The notes beneath the pieces were generated by a model that saw only the letters and a program-made list of their open reading frames with translations, made no database searches and was not told the DNA's origin. From assembly GCA_951804945.1 (NCBI GenBank), contig OX638154.1, positions 32,922,001 to 32,986,000 of the forward strand: DNA of 64,000 bases. Reading direction: 5' to 3'. The position numbers and the translations under genes were made by a program. Positions 36,940-51,185 of this stretch are shown one piece after another (position 1 is the first letter of the stretch; each line of letters begins with the position of its first letter). Origin of the DNA: Podarcis cretensis (taxonomy: Eukaryota).

Positions 36940-38710
36940 ATCAGAGCCCTGGGGAAAGGGCTATCACAATGCACTCATGTCCTGCTTGTAGACTTCCTAT
37001 AAGCATATGGCTGGCCCTTGTAGGGGCAAAATGCTGGACTTGATGGGCCTTTGGTCTGATCCAGCACAGCTCTTCTTATGTTCCTATATGTGTTGTGATG
37101 TTTGCCTCTGTAGAATTTCTCTGGCTTTGTTCCTATGGAGGCAGACACCCTATGGAGAGTATCACGCCCAAACTGGTCCTTGACCATATGGATTGCCTAG
37201 AAACACACCCAACAGGAATCTACTAAGTCTTCTTAGAGTTTTGACTTAAAACTATGTATTCCCTCAATTAGTAATTTTCATTATTATTATTTTTTAACTG
37301 AGGATCTTAAACCACTTTTATATATATTAAGAAGCTACATTATACCAAGCCAGAACATTGGTCCATCTTGCTCAGTATCATCCACAATGTGGATCTCCAG
37401 GACTTCAGACATTCCCAGGCCTACCTGGAGATGTCAGGGGTTGAACGAGGCGCCTTCTGCATGCACAGCAAATGCTCTGTCACTGAATTACCGGTACAAT
37501 CCTTATTTTTTTGTATTAAGTGGTATATAATCTTCCCAAGTAAACAAGTAGAATTCATGGATTGGTTTTAGGAGCCAGAAAAGAGTCAAATATAATAAAC
37601 TTGCCGTACTAAACACTGAAAATTTCTGAGTGTGCTCCACTGAAGTGAATGGGAGCTGTGCAAGAATGTGAGCATTCATCTCCGTGGAGTTTGTGCAGGG
37701 AAAAACTTTAAATGGTATTTGCACTTTGTAGGTATTGTGATCACTGCCATCAATCCATGCATTCTGTTGCTGCATCTTGGGCTCCTCTTGGAAGCCACTG
37801 AAAATGCACACACAGTACCAACGCCTACCTGATGAACCCTTTTTCCATTTCCTGCCACATCCCCATTGAGTTCTTTGTGGGTAGTTTTTGTCTGTGGCTA
37901 AGGAAGGATGTTGAACCTGTAATTAGAGGGGACCAAGAGAATTAAATGTCTTATTCAGTGTGAGTTTCAAAAATAACCATGCCTTTCTTTTTTTAGAAAT
38001 GTGGATTTGTGCATTGACTTGAGTGCATGCAGTAACTTATCCCTGGCAGCTGAACATGCTGCTTGACTGATTCTCTCAATAATTCCTTTCTATTTCCCAA
38101 AAAGTGGGGTTATCTGACTATACTATAGAAAGAGCCAGAGTGTAATTGCTAATGCTCTTTTAATTGACTATTCAGATTGTTGCTTTGCAGTTTGAGGTTT
38201 GCAGAGCTGATTCAAATACTCAGGGAAAAAATTGTGACACAGGAAACAGCCAGATACTGAGTCAGACCACTGGTTCATCTGGCTCTGTATTGTCTACACT
38301 GACTGGCAGCAACTCTCCTAGTTTCAGACTTGGGGGGGGGGTCTCTCAGCCCTACTTGGAGATGCTAGAGATTGAACCTGGAGCCTTCTGCTTGCAAATC
38401 GGACTCTGAACTGCTGAGCTGTGGCCCTTCCCAAGGCTACTTACCACATAATGTACCACTTCAGAATGTAGAAGTGGGGGACCACATATTTTAATACACT
38501 CCCACACTGAAAGCTTATTGAAAGCTAACATGTTCGATGTTATGGAAGAACTGGGAGTGAAACATACTAAGCGTACTTTTGTACGCTTGAAACGCCGAGC
38601 ATTTTCACATTAGGCGCCTCTGTGACCATATGAAGCTGCCTTATTCAGAGCATTGGGCCATCTACCCCAACCAGGGGTGCCAACTTGAATAAAATATTGT
38701 GGGGGCCCAG

Positions 38711-39037
38711 GTAAGGTAAAGGTAAAGGGACCCCTGACCGTTAGGTCCAGTCGTGGCCGACTCTGGGGTTGCGGCGCTCATCTCGCTTTATTGGCCAAGG
38801 GAGCCGGCGTACAGCTTCTGGGTCATGTGGCCAGCATGACTAAGCCACTTCTGGCAAACCAGAGCAGCGCACAGAAACGCCGTTTACCTTCCCGCCAGAG
38901 TGGTACCTATTTATCTACTTGCACTTTGAGGTGCTTTCGAACTGCTAGGTTGGGAGGAGCAGGGACCAAGCAACGGGAGCTCACCCCGTCGCAGGGATTC
39001 AAACCGCCGACCTTCCAATCGGCAAGCCTTAGGCTCT
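38711..39037 (-). mobile_element. Sauria SINE nested in a hAT-type MITE (38672-39167)
   Basis: (ACCTTT)n tail; body matches the 47954 copy; 5' truncated. Confidence 0.88.
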
Positions 39038-39892
39038 TGATCACATGATACCATGCAGACACACCATTTGAATGGGAATGCCCATCAACTTTGCAGGGAC
39101 CTGGCCCCCTAAAATATTTTATTGTGGGGGCCGAAGCCCCCACGGCCCCTAGGAATTGGCTCCTATGACGCCAATACTGTCTATTCTGACTGGCTGCAGC
39201 TCTCCGCTGTATTAAGGCAGAAGTATTTCTGCTTAACTGGAGGTGCCAGGGGTTGATGAGGCTTTCTATGTACCAGTTACGTGCTCTGTCACTGAACTAA
39301 GGCCCCTCCAATAATTTGCCTGTAGTTGCTTTTCCTTAAATCTGAAGCAAATGGAAAGCCTGTATCGGCAGGAATGCACTTTTTGTTTCTTTTACACGTT
39401 TTATCCTATGGTAACAGCTATTGCTATATGGAACAAGTAGTACTGGGAGCCTCAAATATATTGCTGCATGTTTTATGAAAACAATATCTGTATGGAATCT
39501 ATAAACTCTGTCTCTCTTGTGGGGTGCCATTTTCAAAATAGTGCTGATAACTATGATGGGCCTGTGATTAACAAAGTAAATGCCAGCAGTGATATTTACA
39601 AGAGAGAGATATAGAATTGATTCCTCAATCCTGAAAAATGGTCTCTCCTCAGAGTGTTGTCCCAGATTGCTGTCTCAGATTAACTTAATATAGATTACTT
39701 ATCCCTTAACATACCCATTAGAGTTATTACTGGTACTTGTTTGTTACATTTATATCCCAACTCTCCTCTAATGAATTAAGGGTGCCATACATGGTTCTTC
39801 CCCTCCTCATTCCGACCTCACAACAACTCTGGCCCAAGGTCCCCCAGTGAGTCTCATGAATGGAGATTTGAACCCTGATCTCCCGGGTCCCA

Positions 39893-40250
39893 GTCCAAAC
39901 CACTGAGTCTCTTGGGCTTGCCAATCGGAAGATCAGCGGTTTGAATCCGTGCGACGGGGTGAGCTCCTGTTGCTCTGTCCCAGCTTCGACCAACCTAGCA
40001 GTTGGAAGGCACACCAGTGCAAGTAGATAAATAGGTACCTCTGTGGCAGAAAGGTAAACGACTTTTCTGTGCGCTCTGGTTTCCGTCACTGTGTTCCATT
40101 GCACCAGTAGCGGTTTAGTCACCCTGGCCACATGACCTGGAAAGCTGTCTGTGGACAAACGCTGGCTCCCTTGGCCCGAAGCGAGATGAGCACTGCACCC
40201 CACAGTTGCCTTTGACTGGACTCAACCATCCAGGGGTCCTTTACCTTTTT
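39893..40250 (+). mobile_element. Sauria SINE, divergent subfamily
   Basis: Homologous body with diagnostic insertions; GGGGTCCTTTACCTTT tail. Confidence 0.8.
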
Positions 40251-41494
40251 TTTTTTACCGTCCAACCACCAAACTGACTTACTAGTAAGTCACAATTTTA
40301 CTTTCAGACACTGATTTCTACCCAGCTTCTTTATGTAAATAAACAGTTCCATAACAGTTCCTAGAGACAGAAGAAAGCTTATTTTTCTTGCACCCCAATG
40401 TTTATTAGTCCTGTTTTCCTACTGAGGAGCAGAAAACCCCTTTATTCTTGAAGCTACAGTACTTACTGGGCAGAAAAACCTCTCCAGTGCTTTGGCAGAT
40501 GGAGTGTTAGGGGCTCTTTCTGTAACAGTCTGTTGTGTTTGGTCTGTGGCAGTAGTTTTGTTCAGTAGAGGAGTAATCTAAGATCTATGGCAAGTCAGAT
40601 GACTCTGCCTTAGATCTAGATATAGGGTGGAATTCAATGGAGGCATTGCATGCATGGAATGAGCTCTGCTCTTGCAGTGGGATTTCCCTCCTTTCCTATC
40701 CCCTCTGCCCCCTAAATCTTCTCTGGAGGGTTGGGGGGGGGAATCCCAGAACAGATTTAGGGGGTGTGCAGGGGGAAATGTCCCACTGTGTAAGTAAACC
40801 TTGTTTCCTCTATTAGTGCTACATTGAATTCCACCCACAGTCTCTGCCCCACACTTGAGATTAAAAAAAGTTTTCAAAGCAGTTTTCAATTTGCGACAAT
40901 TAAAAACACATACAGAAGTTATGCTGCTATTCCCAACACAAAATACAGCTGCAAAGAGATGGGCTTTTTAATAAAAAAATATAAAGGAAAGGTTCTGGCA
41001 AGAGCAAGTCAGCGTGGTAGGAGAAAATGTGAGCCACAAATCTAAGTTACTGAGGCTCAAACTACGCATAATGGTGGCAGACCAATCAGTTTAAAACCAG
41101 GGGCTCTCCTCATTGCACAAAAAGGAGGGGGTGAAAACCTAATTTATAGAGCAAAACGAGTGTGCAGGTGGGGGTGTAGGCCAGACAGAAAAGAGAGCCT
41201 ATGATCCTCCAGTTGTTGTTGGACTCCAACTCCCATCAGCTCCAACCATATCTGGCTGTCAGGAATGATGGGAATTGTAGTCCAGCAACATCTGGAGGGT
41301 TGGTCTCTGGATCAGTGATAGCCTCTTCCTTTAAAAATCAAATCAGCCATGGAAGGCTGTGATCAAGAGTAGAAGAGTCTTTTTAACCATGGCCATTTTA
41401 CTGTTAAAAATTATTCTCTTGACTGCTTTTTCATCTGTGATACCTATATTTCTTTTCTTTCTTGGGTAGAAAAGCAGCTTGGGCAGCAGGGGCT

Positions 41495-41846
41495 TAAAGG
41501 TAAAGGTATCCCTGACCATTAGGTCCACTCGTGACCCACTCTGGGGTTGCGGTGCTCATCTCGCTTTATTGGCTGAGGGAGCCGGCGTACAGCTTCCGGG
41601 TCATGTGGCCAGCATGACTAAGCCGCTTCTGGCGAACCAGAGCAGCACACAGAAACGCCATTTATCTTCCTGCTGGAGCGGTACCTATTTATCTACCTGC
41701 ACTTTGACGTGCTTTTGAACTGCTAGGTTGGCAGGAGCTGGGACCGAGCAACAGGACCTCACCCCGTCGCGGAGATTCGAACTGCCGACCTTCTGATCGG
41801 CAAGTCCTAGGCTCTGTGGTTTAACCCACAGCGCCACCCGTGTCCC
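41495..41846 (-). mobile_element. Sauria SINE, full length
   Basis: Reverse complement of the 47954 copy, with GGGACACGGGTGGCG 5' end. Confidence 0.9.
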
Positions 41847-43221
41847 TAACAGGGACTAACTTACTGATAAAAAGGCCAGAGGAGGAAGCAGCCCCCCCCC
41901 CCGAGGAGAAACACATCACCCCTATCACCAGCACACAAAAGCAGTTGCCTTAAGTGGGCTCAGTGTAATCTTTCATTAGAACTGTATTTTTTCTAAAGCA
42001 AACATTCTTCTTCTGTTCACTATCCCACAGATTTCAAAAGTAGCTGTTCCATCTTTTCCTTGCTAAATAACTATTTGAAATACTGCATAGAAGTTATAGA
42101 TTTGAGAGTCCCCTCTGTCAGATACATTTAAAAGCTGGTTAAAGAACTCAGCCTCTAGAATTATATGTACAATGCAGTGCCACTTGTGTGGGTTTCCTGT
42201 TTAATAACAAAAATTACTTTTATTAAAATATTTTCTTGGATAACAAAAGTACATACTGTACAGCATATCTGTTTGCAATTCATAGAGTCCTTTCTACAGA
42301 TTGGTTGTCTGGGTTTTCTGTTTTGTTTTGTTTTGATAACGGTTTATTTCCCCCCTCATTATCTGTAGCAACACCAAAAAAATAATAGAATTGAAAGAGA
42401 AGGAAGAATCAGAACAAAAACTTGGAATTCTTGAAAAACAGATGCTTTGTGTTGTCCAAAACTATCTCGAAGATAAGAGACTTCTAGTCATTAAATGATG
42501 GCTATGTTCTTGCAGCTGAGCTGCTCCTTGTCACCTTCTTAGAGGATTAAGGATGTATTCACTTGCTGTTGGTGTGTGCTTGGGGAGGGAGAGAGAGAGT
42601 TGGTGGCTTCAGAGCTAAATGCTTTAATTGAGGATAATCAGATGAAGATGTATATCAGACAAATATTAATCAAAGGAAGACAAGATAATCCCATGGTGGA
42701 GACAGTAGGGGAAATGAATCTACTTACGGTAACAAGAGTGGATTCTTTTGTGGCTAGCTAAATGTGAAAGGCTGAATGAAAAATTGCTGGGGGGGGGGGG
42801 GAGCTGGGAGAATGAAGTCTGGGAACCCTTAAAGGGAGGGAAATACTGACAGCAAGGGAGGAAAAATAAAGCATGGGGGGAGGCATGGAAGAAGGCAGAT
42901 ATCTGTTGGCAGAGCACGAAACTTTTAATCTCAGTGTTGTGGTTCAAGTCCCACATCGGGCAAGAGATCCCTGCATGGCTGGGAGTTGGACTAGATGACC
43001 CTTGTGATTCCTCCCAGTACTACCAGTTTATGCTTCTAAGGGGGAGACTGAGCAGAAATATGACATTTGAGATCATGGCTCATGGCAGAAGCCTTGTAAG
43101 AGGTCAAGTGCTGAATTGCCTTAAGAAGGTTGCCACTGTCATGAGTTTGGTTGAATTTATCTATCCATCCATCTGCCAGTCATATAATGATTGCCAGGGT
43201 CTCTTGCTCTTTACCTCAGTA

Positions 43222-43438
43222 CAGTGGTACCTCAGGTTACAAACACTTGGGGTTACAAACTCCACTAACCCGGAAGTAGTACCTTGGGTTGAGAACTTTG
43301 CCCCAGGATGAGAACGGAAATCGCGGCACAGTGGCAATGGGAGGCCCTATTAGCAAAAGCGCGCCTCAGGTTAGGAACGGTTTCGGGTTAAGAACAGACC
43401 TCCGGAATGAATTAAGTTCTTAACCCAAGGTACCATTG
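43222..43438 (+). mobile_element. Tc1/mariner MITE
   Basis: TA flanks, CAGTGGTACCT TIRs. Confidence 0.82.
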
Positions 43439-46400
43439 TATTAGGTTTAATGTGAGTTTCTTGCATCCAATTGTGCCATCTTGGTGGTGCTGTCCATGGT
43501 ACCATCTGTGGTTCCATTTTAATGACCAGGTACAGTACTGTGAGGTATTGCTTCAGAGCCAACATGGGGCAACTTCCATACGGAGATTCCTACTCCCACC
43601 CCCACATTCTGTGCACTTGTGATCTGCAAGCTGTGAAGCAGAATTTTTTTATCAAGTTGATTGGATCTGTCTTAGTCTTTGGGTGGGTGGTGAAGAGCTT
43701 TTTATTCTGAAAAACTTCTGAGTGGATCTGGCTAGATGTTTCTGTTAAATATGTCCATACCTACACTTATCTTTCTATAGACATTTGTTTCTGTCTTGGA
43801 TCTGTGTTGCTTATGACCCCAATAATACTAGGAGGGTGGTTTTTCCTTTTTTCCAGTTTTGTATAAGGAAGAGATGTTTTTACTGCACTAAAGGAGTTGA
43901 TGCCAGAAACGTTAATTATTCAAGCTCTGTTGCAAGAGTGCTTTTTCCATGCTTGGCAATATCTCTGCACAAAATACTAAAGAGTGATTAAACTCTGTAA
44001 ATTGATTATCTAGCCAAAAACAAGTCTGTTGTACGAGCGTCTCTAAGATCATATTGAAATAGACAGGGAGGTATATGATTCAGATTTCTGGTTGGAAGAC
44101 ACTGAAGAAATTCCTTTCCGATGTCCAAATCTTCCTACAGATGGATAGCTTACGGGTTAGAAGGCTACGCTTTTATTAGCTTGCTTTTCTACCTTTCCAT
44201 CCTGTCACCGCAGAGCTATTCCTACTGCATGCCTCAAACCCTATAGAAGAAGTAATATGAGAGTGTTAATGGTGGCTATGCACACCCTTTTCTCTTTTCT
44301 GGGCTTCCAGTGCCAGGGGAAAGAGTGATGCTGTGGTCTGCAGAGAGAGAGAGAAAGGGAGGTGCAGCTGTTCCTCCTACAAAAAAATAAAAATAAAAAA
44401 TAAACTTATATATTGCCTTTCCTGGCTGCTAGTCCTGGCTCAGTAAGTGAGCACAGCAAATATGGACCCTTGATGAAATTTTCTTTCCTGAGACCCAGTA
44501 CATTTCCATTTCTGTTTTTTGAACCATTTCTGTTTTTAGGTGTCTGTCAGCCCTGTAGTTCTGTGGTCTCATGGCTGTTTTTCAACTTTCTTAACCCACA
44601 AAGCCATGCAACTTCTAGCTAATGTTTCTCAGTCAGTCTGTATTGTGGGTGGGACAGTGGGGACTGTCAGAGGAAAGACCTTTTCAGCAATGGCATCCCA
44701 ATAGTGAAACACCCTCGAGTCTCGCGTGGCATCTAGGTCATGATTGTCTATTTTGTTTTATTTCCCCCCAGACATTTTGAGATTATTTAAAGATTTTTGG
44801 TATTTTTAATTCTGTTGTTTTCGTATATGTTTTGCTGCACCTGGTTTTATGTAATTGTTTAATTTTGTAGTGCAGGTTTATTTCTGTTTAATATTTAGGG
44901 TTCTGGTTTTTTTTAAATGATTTTAACATTTATTGTTGACTGAGAGGGTAGTGCTAATTGGGTGCCTTAGGGTGAAGGGCGGGTAATAAAATAACAACAA
45001 CAACAGCAGTAATAATAGAAATGCAAAATATGTTCGTAAATAATAAACGTAGTTTCCATGGACTGGGGGACACTGAGCACACCCAAGATAAAGGGAAGTC
45101 ACTGTATTTATTAAAATGTATATATATATTATTGATTAATTACAAAGAGAAAAGTGCAAACATAACAAAAAGGAAGAAAACAAAGAATAAAAAATGCAAA
45201 CCACAAAGCATCACAGCCTGGAAAGACAAAAGTACAAAGACAGAAGTCACTGTATGGGAATTGTATTTATTGAGTAATTATCGGATCATTACTTTTGAGA
45301 TTTGCCTTAATCTTGTATTTACTGCCAGAGATTACAAACACATTTCTAGATTCTGTGGCGTGGTTGAGAATACACCTTCCCTGCAAGGGAATTGCTTGCA
45401 CGGTGGGGAGGGGCTGCTTTTAGAATTGCAGATGTTGAAGGGACTAACATTTGTCAAAAAATAGAGTGCTGTGTTAGTAGTTGGTGTTTTGGACTAGGGC
45501 TGGTATAGTGGTGGTGGTAAGAATCATGCCCATCATTTGGAGCTACTTGGCGAAAGGACAAAATATTATAAGTAAATAAAATAGCTTGTGTACGACAGAT
45601 GGTTATGACAGTTCCTTCAGAAGTTCAGCATAGTTTGAAAACAAAATGTATTAAAATAACTTATGGTTTAAGTGCAGGTCATTACGAGGGCATTGAAATA
45701 AGCTTGAACTGGATGGATTTGCCAATTTGCCCCATCATTGCCCCAAAGTACTAGGTAGTTTCCTCACTGCTAAAATACAAGCAGACCCTGCGTGCACCTC
45801 ATGCATCGATACAGCTTCCTAAAAGATTTGAGAGCTTATGATAGTTGCTATGGCCCAAAGGTCACAGGCAGAATGACAGGAGGGTGGGATTCCTGAGTAA
45901 GGAGCTGGACCTGGCTGGATAAGGCAGGTTTCATGAATCAAAGCCGCACTGTGTGTATAGAGCAGGGCATGCACCATTTCCATCCATTCCAAGGCGGCTG
46001 ATAATGTTCCATATGTGGAGATTACATTTGGAAGAGAAGGGGACTTGGAGCGTGAGTATGAACTCCCAAAACATGATACTCTAGGTGGCAATATAAAACC
46101 ACGGCAGCTGCCCAGTCTACATGTCTCAAAGAGCGGAGGAGTTTCAGTTTCCTGTTCCCCTGCTGCCCTGACTCACGGCCAGGTCTGATGTAATATGATC
46201 TATGTGTGCCTGATTTTTCTTGCCTGCGACAGGCTTTATATATGCATGCTCATCTACATTTCCAAGAAGGAAGGACATGCATGTGACTTCAGCACCTGCC
46301 CCCTTGTCTATTTATTTTAAAAGCAGAATGGCTACATGTGCACCATGTTGTCTGGACAACAGGAAAAGTAGTTTTGTCCTACGTTTTGTTCAACTGCAGA

Positions 46401-46901
46401 TAAGGGGTGACAATGAGTTAATACAGCCCATGAAAAAAATAAAAGAAGAGCTTGCTGGATCAGGCCAAGGCCCCATCTAGTCTACAGCACTCTTTCCCCC
46501 CACTTGCAATGCTCAGCAACTGGTATGCCAAAGCACACTCCTTCTGATATCCATAATGGCTAGCGAGCATTGCCATAGACTTGTCTGCATGAATTTGTCT
46601 TGTCTCCTTGTAAAACCATCCAAACTGGTGGCCATCACAACACCTTTCAACAGGGGGGTGTTTAACTATGTGCTGTGTCTGTCCTTCCAACATTTGGCTT
46701 TATTGGATGGTCCCAGTGATCTGTTACTCCTCTTGCTCAGGACATGTATCTACATAGGGAGATAGGAGGCTGTCTGGTTAATTGTTTCTGCTTCTGAGGG
46801 AAAAGGAGAAGGGAATTGAAGTAGGATTTGAAAAAGTGAAGAGGGCGAACGTGTGCCAAAAGCTTCTTGCATATCCCCATTGGGAGAACTTTACTCTAGA
46901 A

Positions 46902-47145
46902 CAGGCATATCCAACTCCCAAGAGACTGTGATCCTACTCCCAGTATAAAAAAACTGGCAGTGATCTACTAAAGGTGGCAACTAAATGAGGGGAGATTTGC
47001 CAAGGGTTGTTCAGCTTTTTTTTGGGGGGGGGGGTTGGAGAGGCCAAAGGTGTTTCTCAGTGATCACTTCCTATTGTCCCGCGATCTACCTGGAGCACCC
47101 TGGTGATCTACCGGTAGATCACAATCTACCGGTTGGACATCCCTG
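46902..47145. mobile_element. hAT-type MITE
   Basis: Perfect 8-bp TSD CTCTAGAA; TIRs CAGGCATATCCAAC/GTTGGACATCCCTG; internal GATCTAC repeats. Confidence 0.8.
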
Positions 47146-47953
47146 CTCTAGAACAACAAACGTGTTACCTGGAGGCCAGGAGCTTATTGCACTGAGCATC
47201 CACAATGTCTGTCCAGCAGGCAGACGGTCATACTTCTGACATTCTGTACAATACACTGAGTAGGCCTGGCATCCTTGCTTTATCTCTGATATTATGGTTT
47301 GTTATGCTAATTTGTTTTGGAGCTTGGGATTTGTTACAGAGAGAATAGCAGGCTGGAGAGAATAGCCTGCCCTGGTCTCCTTGCACAGCTTCCTACATCA
47401 CTTGTCACTTTGAAGCTTTACCACTGGGCCCAAGATCCTTCATCAGATGGGGCTCCCCTCCAGTGCGAAATAAAGACCTTTACCTGGTTTACAAAGGAGA
47501 GGAGTTCATGTGAGGTTTAGCACATTTATTGCAAAGGACACTACTGGCATTAGGACTCTTGATCACTTGATAGGTGATACAGTGTTGCTTTGATTGGATT
47601 AGAAACTGGATGAAGATTAAGCATTAGCTATTTTAGGAGTCCCAGCCGATTTATAGAGGGGGTCAATACTCCCTTGTCCATTTAAATAGAGGGCTTCAGC
47701 GGAAACTTTCAAGTGCATTTTATCTTGGCCTGCTATATCTTTACTAGCTCCCTTCAAAGCTATTACGTTGCACACCACTTCTATTTATGGGAATTCTTTA
47801 GCCACAGAGAATTCGAAAGTGTTGCTGTCTCACTTAGTGTGACCCAACTGTTCTTACTTTGATAGGGAATTTACTGTGAAATAGACTGCTTTAGTCACTT
47901 TTTTTTATGAAGGCAAAGGCACAGTGAAAAAAACATCCCTCTCATGTTCTGTC

Positions 47954-48306
47954 AGGGACACGGGTGGTGCCGTGGGTTAAACCACAGAGCCTAGGACTTG
48001 CTGATCAGAAGGTCGGCAGTTCGAATCCCCGCGACGGGGTGAGCTCCCGTTTCTTGGTCCCTGCTCCTGCCAACCTAGCAGTTCGAAAGCACGTCAAAGT
48101 GCAAGTAGATAAATAGGTACCCCTCCGGCGGGAAGGTAAATGGCATTTCTGTGCGCTGCTCTGGTTCGCCAGAAGCGGCTTAGTCATGCTGGCCACATGA
48201 CCCAGAAGCTGTATGCCAGCTCCCTCGGCCAATAAAGCGAGATGAGTGCCGCAACCCCAGAGTCAGCCACGACTGGACCTAATGGTCAGGGGTCCCTTTA
48301 CTTTTA
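47954..48306 (+). mobile_element. Sauria SINE, full length with TSD
   Basis: tRNA-like A/B boxes (GGTGCCGTGGG, GTTCGAATCC); ACCTTT tail; TSD CATGTTCTGTC at 47943-47953 and 48307-48317. Confidence 0.92.
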
Positions 48307-49188
48307 CATGTTCTGTCTGTTCAGCTTCTGGTTTGTTTCCCTCCCAGCAGTCCTAAAATCCAACTTTTAAAAGCTCTATAGAATAGTTGCATAATTTCCC
48401 CACGTGTAGATGTCCTGCTGGGTGGCTATTTTGGCCAGTTATAGTCTGCATAGATTGCCCTAGTCATTTTCTTCTCTGTCAGCTGTTCCACCTCTCTAGG
48501 AATAAACACTATCGCATTAACCCCTCCATTTCTGTGCTGGAGAGGCAATCATGATTAGCAGTGCAGTGAATGGGGAGTATTTAACCCTTCCCTCACACAT
48601 AATGGCCCCAATGAAAATGGCCCCACTCCAACATTTGGACTCTGGAAAAGCGGAGTGTCCCCTTGGCTGAAGAGTGTTAGAAGTTCGGAAACAGATTTGC
48701 TGTTCTGCTTTGAGCATCAGCGTTTTGGTTGCTGCTAAATTGTCCACCACTGGAAGCTATCGCAGAGAAAGAACAGAGAATTGTGATATGGAATTGTGAT
48801 ACAACTTTTCCATTTGTATGCATTCATGCAGGAAATTTATACTGCATTTAGAGGAAGAAGTGCAGTGTATCCTGATATCCTGGTCCTTGTAAAAGTGGAT
48901 CTTGAGCAGGGAATCTAGATTACAAAGACTGCATCTTGTATTTTTGGATTACATTTTAGTGCGCTCCTTAGGCTGTATTCCAGTGGTGAAAAAAAAAATA
49001 GATTTTTTTGTGGTACCAATGCTAGCAGTGATAAAGTTGTGCTGTTATATGGGATCACAGCCATTTATTTTAAGCATGTGGGATGGGAAGCAGACAGGCT
49101 GCAGTTGACAAGTGGTGAGGGAAATGTACTCTGCACATGCTCAGAGGCAGGTAAAGACTAACGAATGACTTATTCAACCTCCCCACAG

Positions 49189-49360
49189 TCTCAGCCGATG
49201 AGGACTGCAAGTGGTACATGGACCGAAATGGCTCATGGCATCCCGGCTTCGACTGCCACTTCCCCTCCTTCTGCTGTGGTGACTGCTATCAGCGTTACTG
49301 CTGCATTGACCTCAGGAAACTCCTCACTGAACGGCAACAAAAGCACTGCATAGCATTTGG
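49189..49360 (+). CDS. SHISA4: SHISA4 exon 2 (Cys-rich Shisa domain)
   Basis: SADEDCKWYMDRNGSWHPGFDCHFPSFCCGDCYQRYCCIDLRKLLTERQQKHCIAF; 172 nt, CAG/GTAAG flanks. Confidence 0.94.
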
Positions 49361-51051
49361 GTAAGAACAGGCGAGATGTGTGCCAAAAAAGGGAGGGGCT
49401 GGGAGAAAAAGAGAGAGAGGAAGAAAGGGTCAAGGTTGTGCTTCAATACTTGAAAAGGCTAAACCAGATGGAGCTGAGGAGGAAAGAAGTGAGCAGACTT
49501 CTTATTATCCCCCACTCCTTTTTGTTCCTGATATGCAGCCATGGAGGGGTTGCAAATTTGATCAGATCATAATAGTGGCTGGGGGGGGGGGTAGGGGAAT
49601 AATCTCCTCTGAGTGGTTTTTATAATCAAAATTCCTGCTGTGCAGGTGGGAATGGCTTTCACCATGGAGATGGCCCCTGAGGGATGTTGGAAATTTTTGA
49701 CAAAACAGAAATGGGAGTGGGATTTGCCAATGTTCATTTATTTGCCTCATGTCCAAAACAGACATCCATCCAGTGAACATGATTGTTATTTGCTGCTGCT
49801 GCTGCTTTCCATCCTCAAACGATAAGCAATTAATTACATCCCTCCGCCATTTGCATTGCATCTCTTTGCATTGAAATGATCGGGGTGGAGTAATGCAGTG
49901 ACACGGTAATGGCATAATTTACTTAATTAATTACATAAATGATGTAAGTTACATAAATTCGCTACAATGGCCAGCGAGATGAATAACATTGTTTTTGGCA
50001 GAAGGTGAGATGCAGCAGAATGGAAACAGTTCTGCATGCTGGGAATACAGGGCAGAACGAAAAACACTGCCTTTTCACATCCCTACTGCAGACACGTGCA
50101 TATATACACACACTGTGATCAACACACCTCACTGATTTGAGCATAAAGTACAGAGCTCATACCTCAGTTAGAAATCATGGATATAGGTAAGATCAATCCC
50201 TAGTGGAGGTGAACCTCATGGGATCTCCTACTCCAGAGTTGGAAAACCACAAGCCCAAGGGCTGAATGTGGCCCGCCAGGCCTCTCTGTCTGGCCCTCAG
50301 GTCTGCTCCATGTCCTCCTTAAGTACTTCTGCCTAGCTGGAACATATCCTTGAATTCTGATATTACCTCTGGATTGCCTGGCTAGAAGATAGAGAGCTGT
50401 GTGAGCAACTTCTGACATTTGTGTGGCTGGAGTGCAGCCTACTATACAAAGGTTGCTCCACCCATTTTTAGCTTCTGACCCCACCTACTTTTTGTCTCTG
50501 CCCCTGTCCATCAATGGCATGTACCCTGCTCCCTCCAAAGGGTGCCCAGGAAGGATTGCAACCTTTTGACTATAAAATGTTCTCCACTCCTGGCATAGTT
50601 TCTATAGTCTCTCTACACACATATATTAAAATTGTCTGCCCCAAAGGTTGTTGGATCCAGTAGGTTTCCACTCTGCCCTCATCAGCTTTCAGTTAGCTTA
50701 TCAAGGCTTCCTGTTGATGCCCTGGTGAGTTAACTATTTATTCCATTTAACCCACAATCAGGGTAGCTAAAAACTAGAAGAGGAAGCATTTGACCACACA
50801 TTCAATGCCGGCTAATTCATGAAACTTGTATTCTTAATCATGTAATTATAGGTATAGGGTAGAGGGAGGGTCCCCCCCCCCCCCCGTACAGCTCATCCAT
50901 ATTGACAACACAATTTCCTCCTGTTATTATTAAGAAAAACCCATTTATTTCTACTTCAATCAAGTCTACTTCTGGAATCTCCGGTGTCTGGTTTGGTATC
51001 AGATGCTATTGTATGCACAGCTCATTTATCACCTCTGTCTGTATCTTATAG

Positions 51052-51185
51052 CCCCAAAACCATTGCTGGCATCGCTTCAGCTGTGATTCTCTTTGTGGCT
51101 ATTGTTGCCACAATTGTCTGCTGCTTCCTGTGCTCCTGCTGCTACTTGTACCAGCGACGGCATCACCTTCAGACACCCTATCAAG
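51052..51185 (+). CDS. SHISA4: SHISA4 exon 3 (transmembrane helix, Cys cluster)
   Basis: PKTIAGIASAVILFVAIVATIVCCFLCSCCYLYQRRHHLQTPYQ; 134 nt. Confidence 0.95.
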
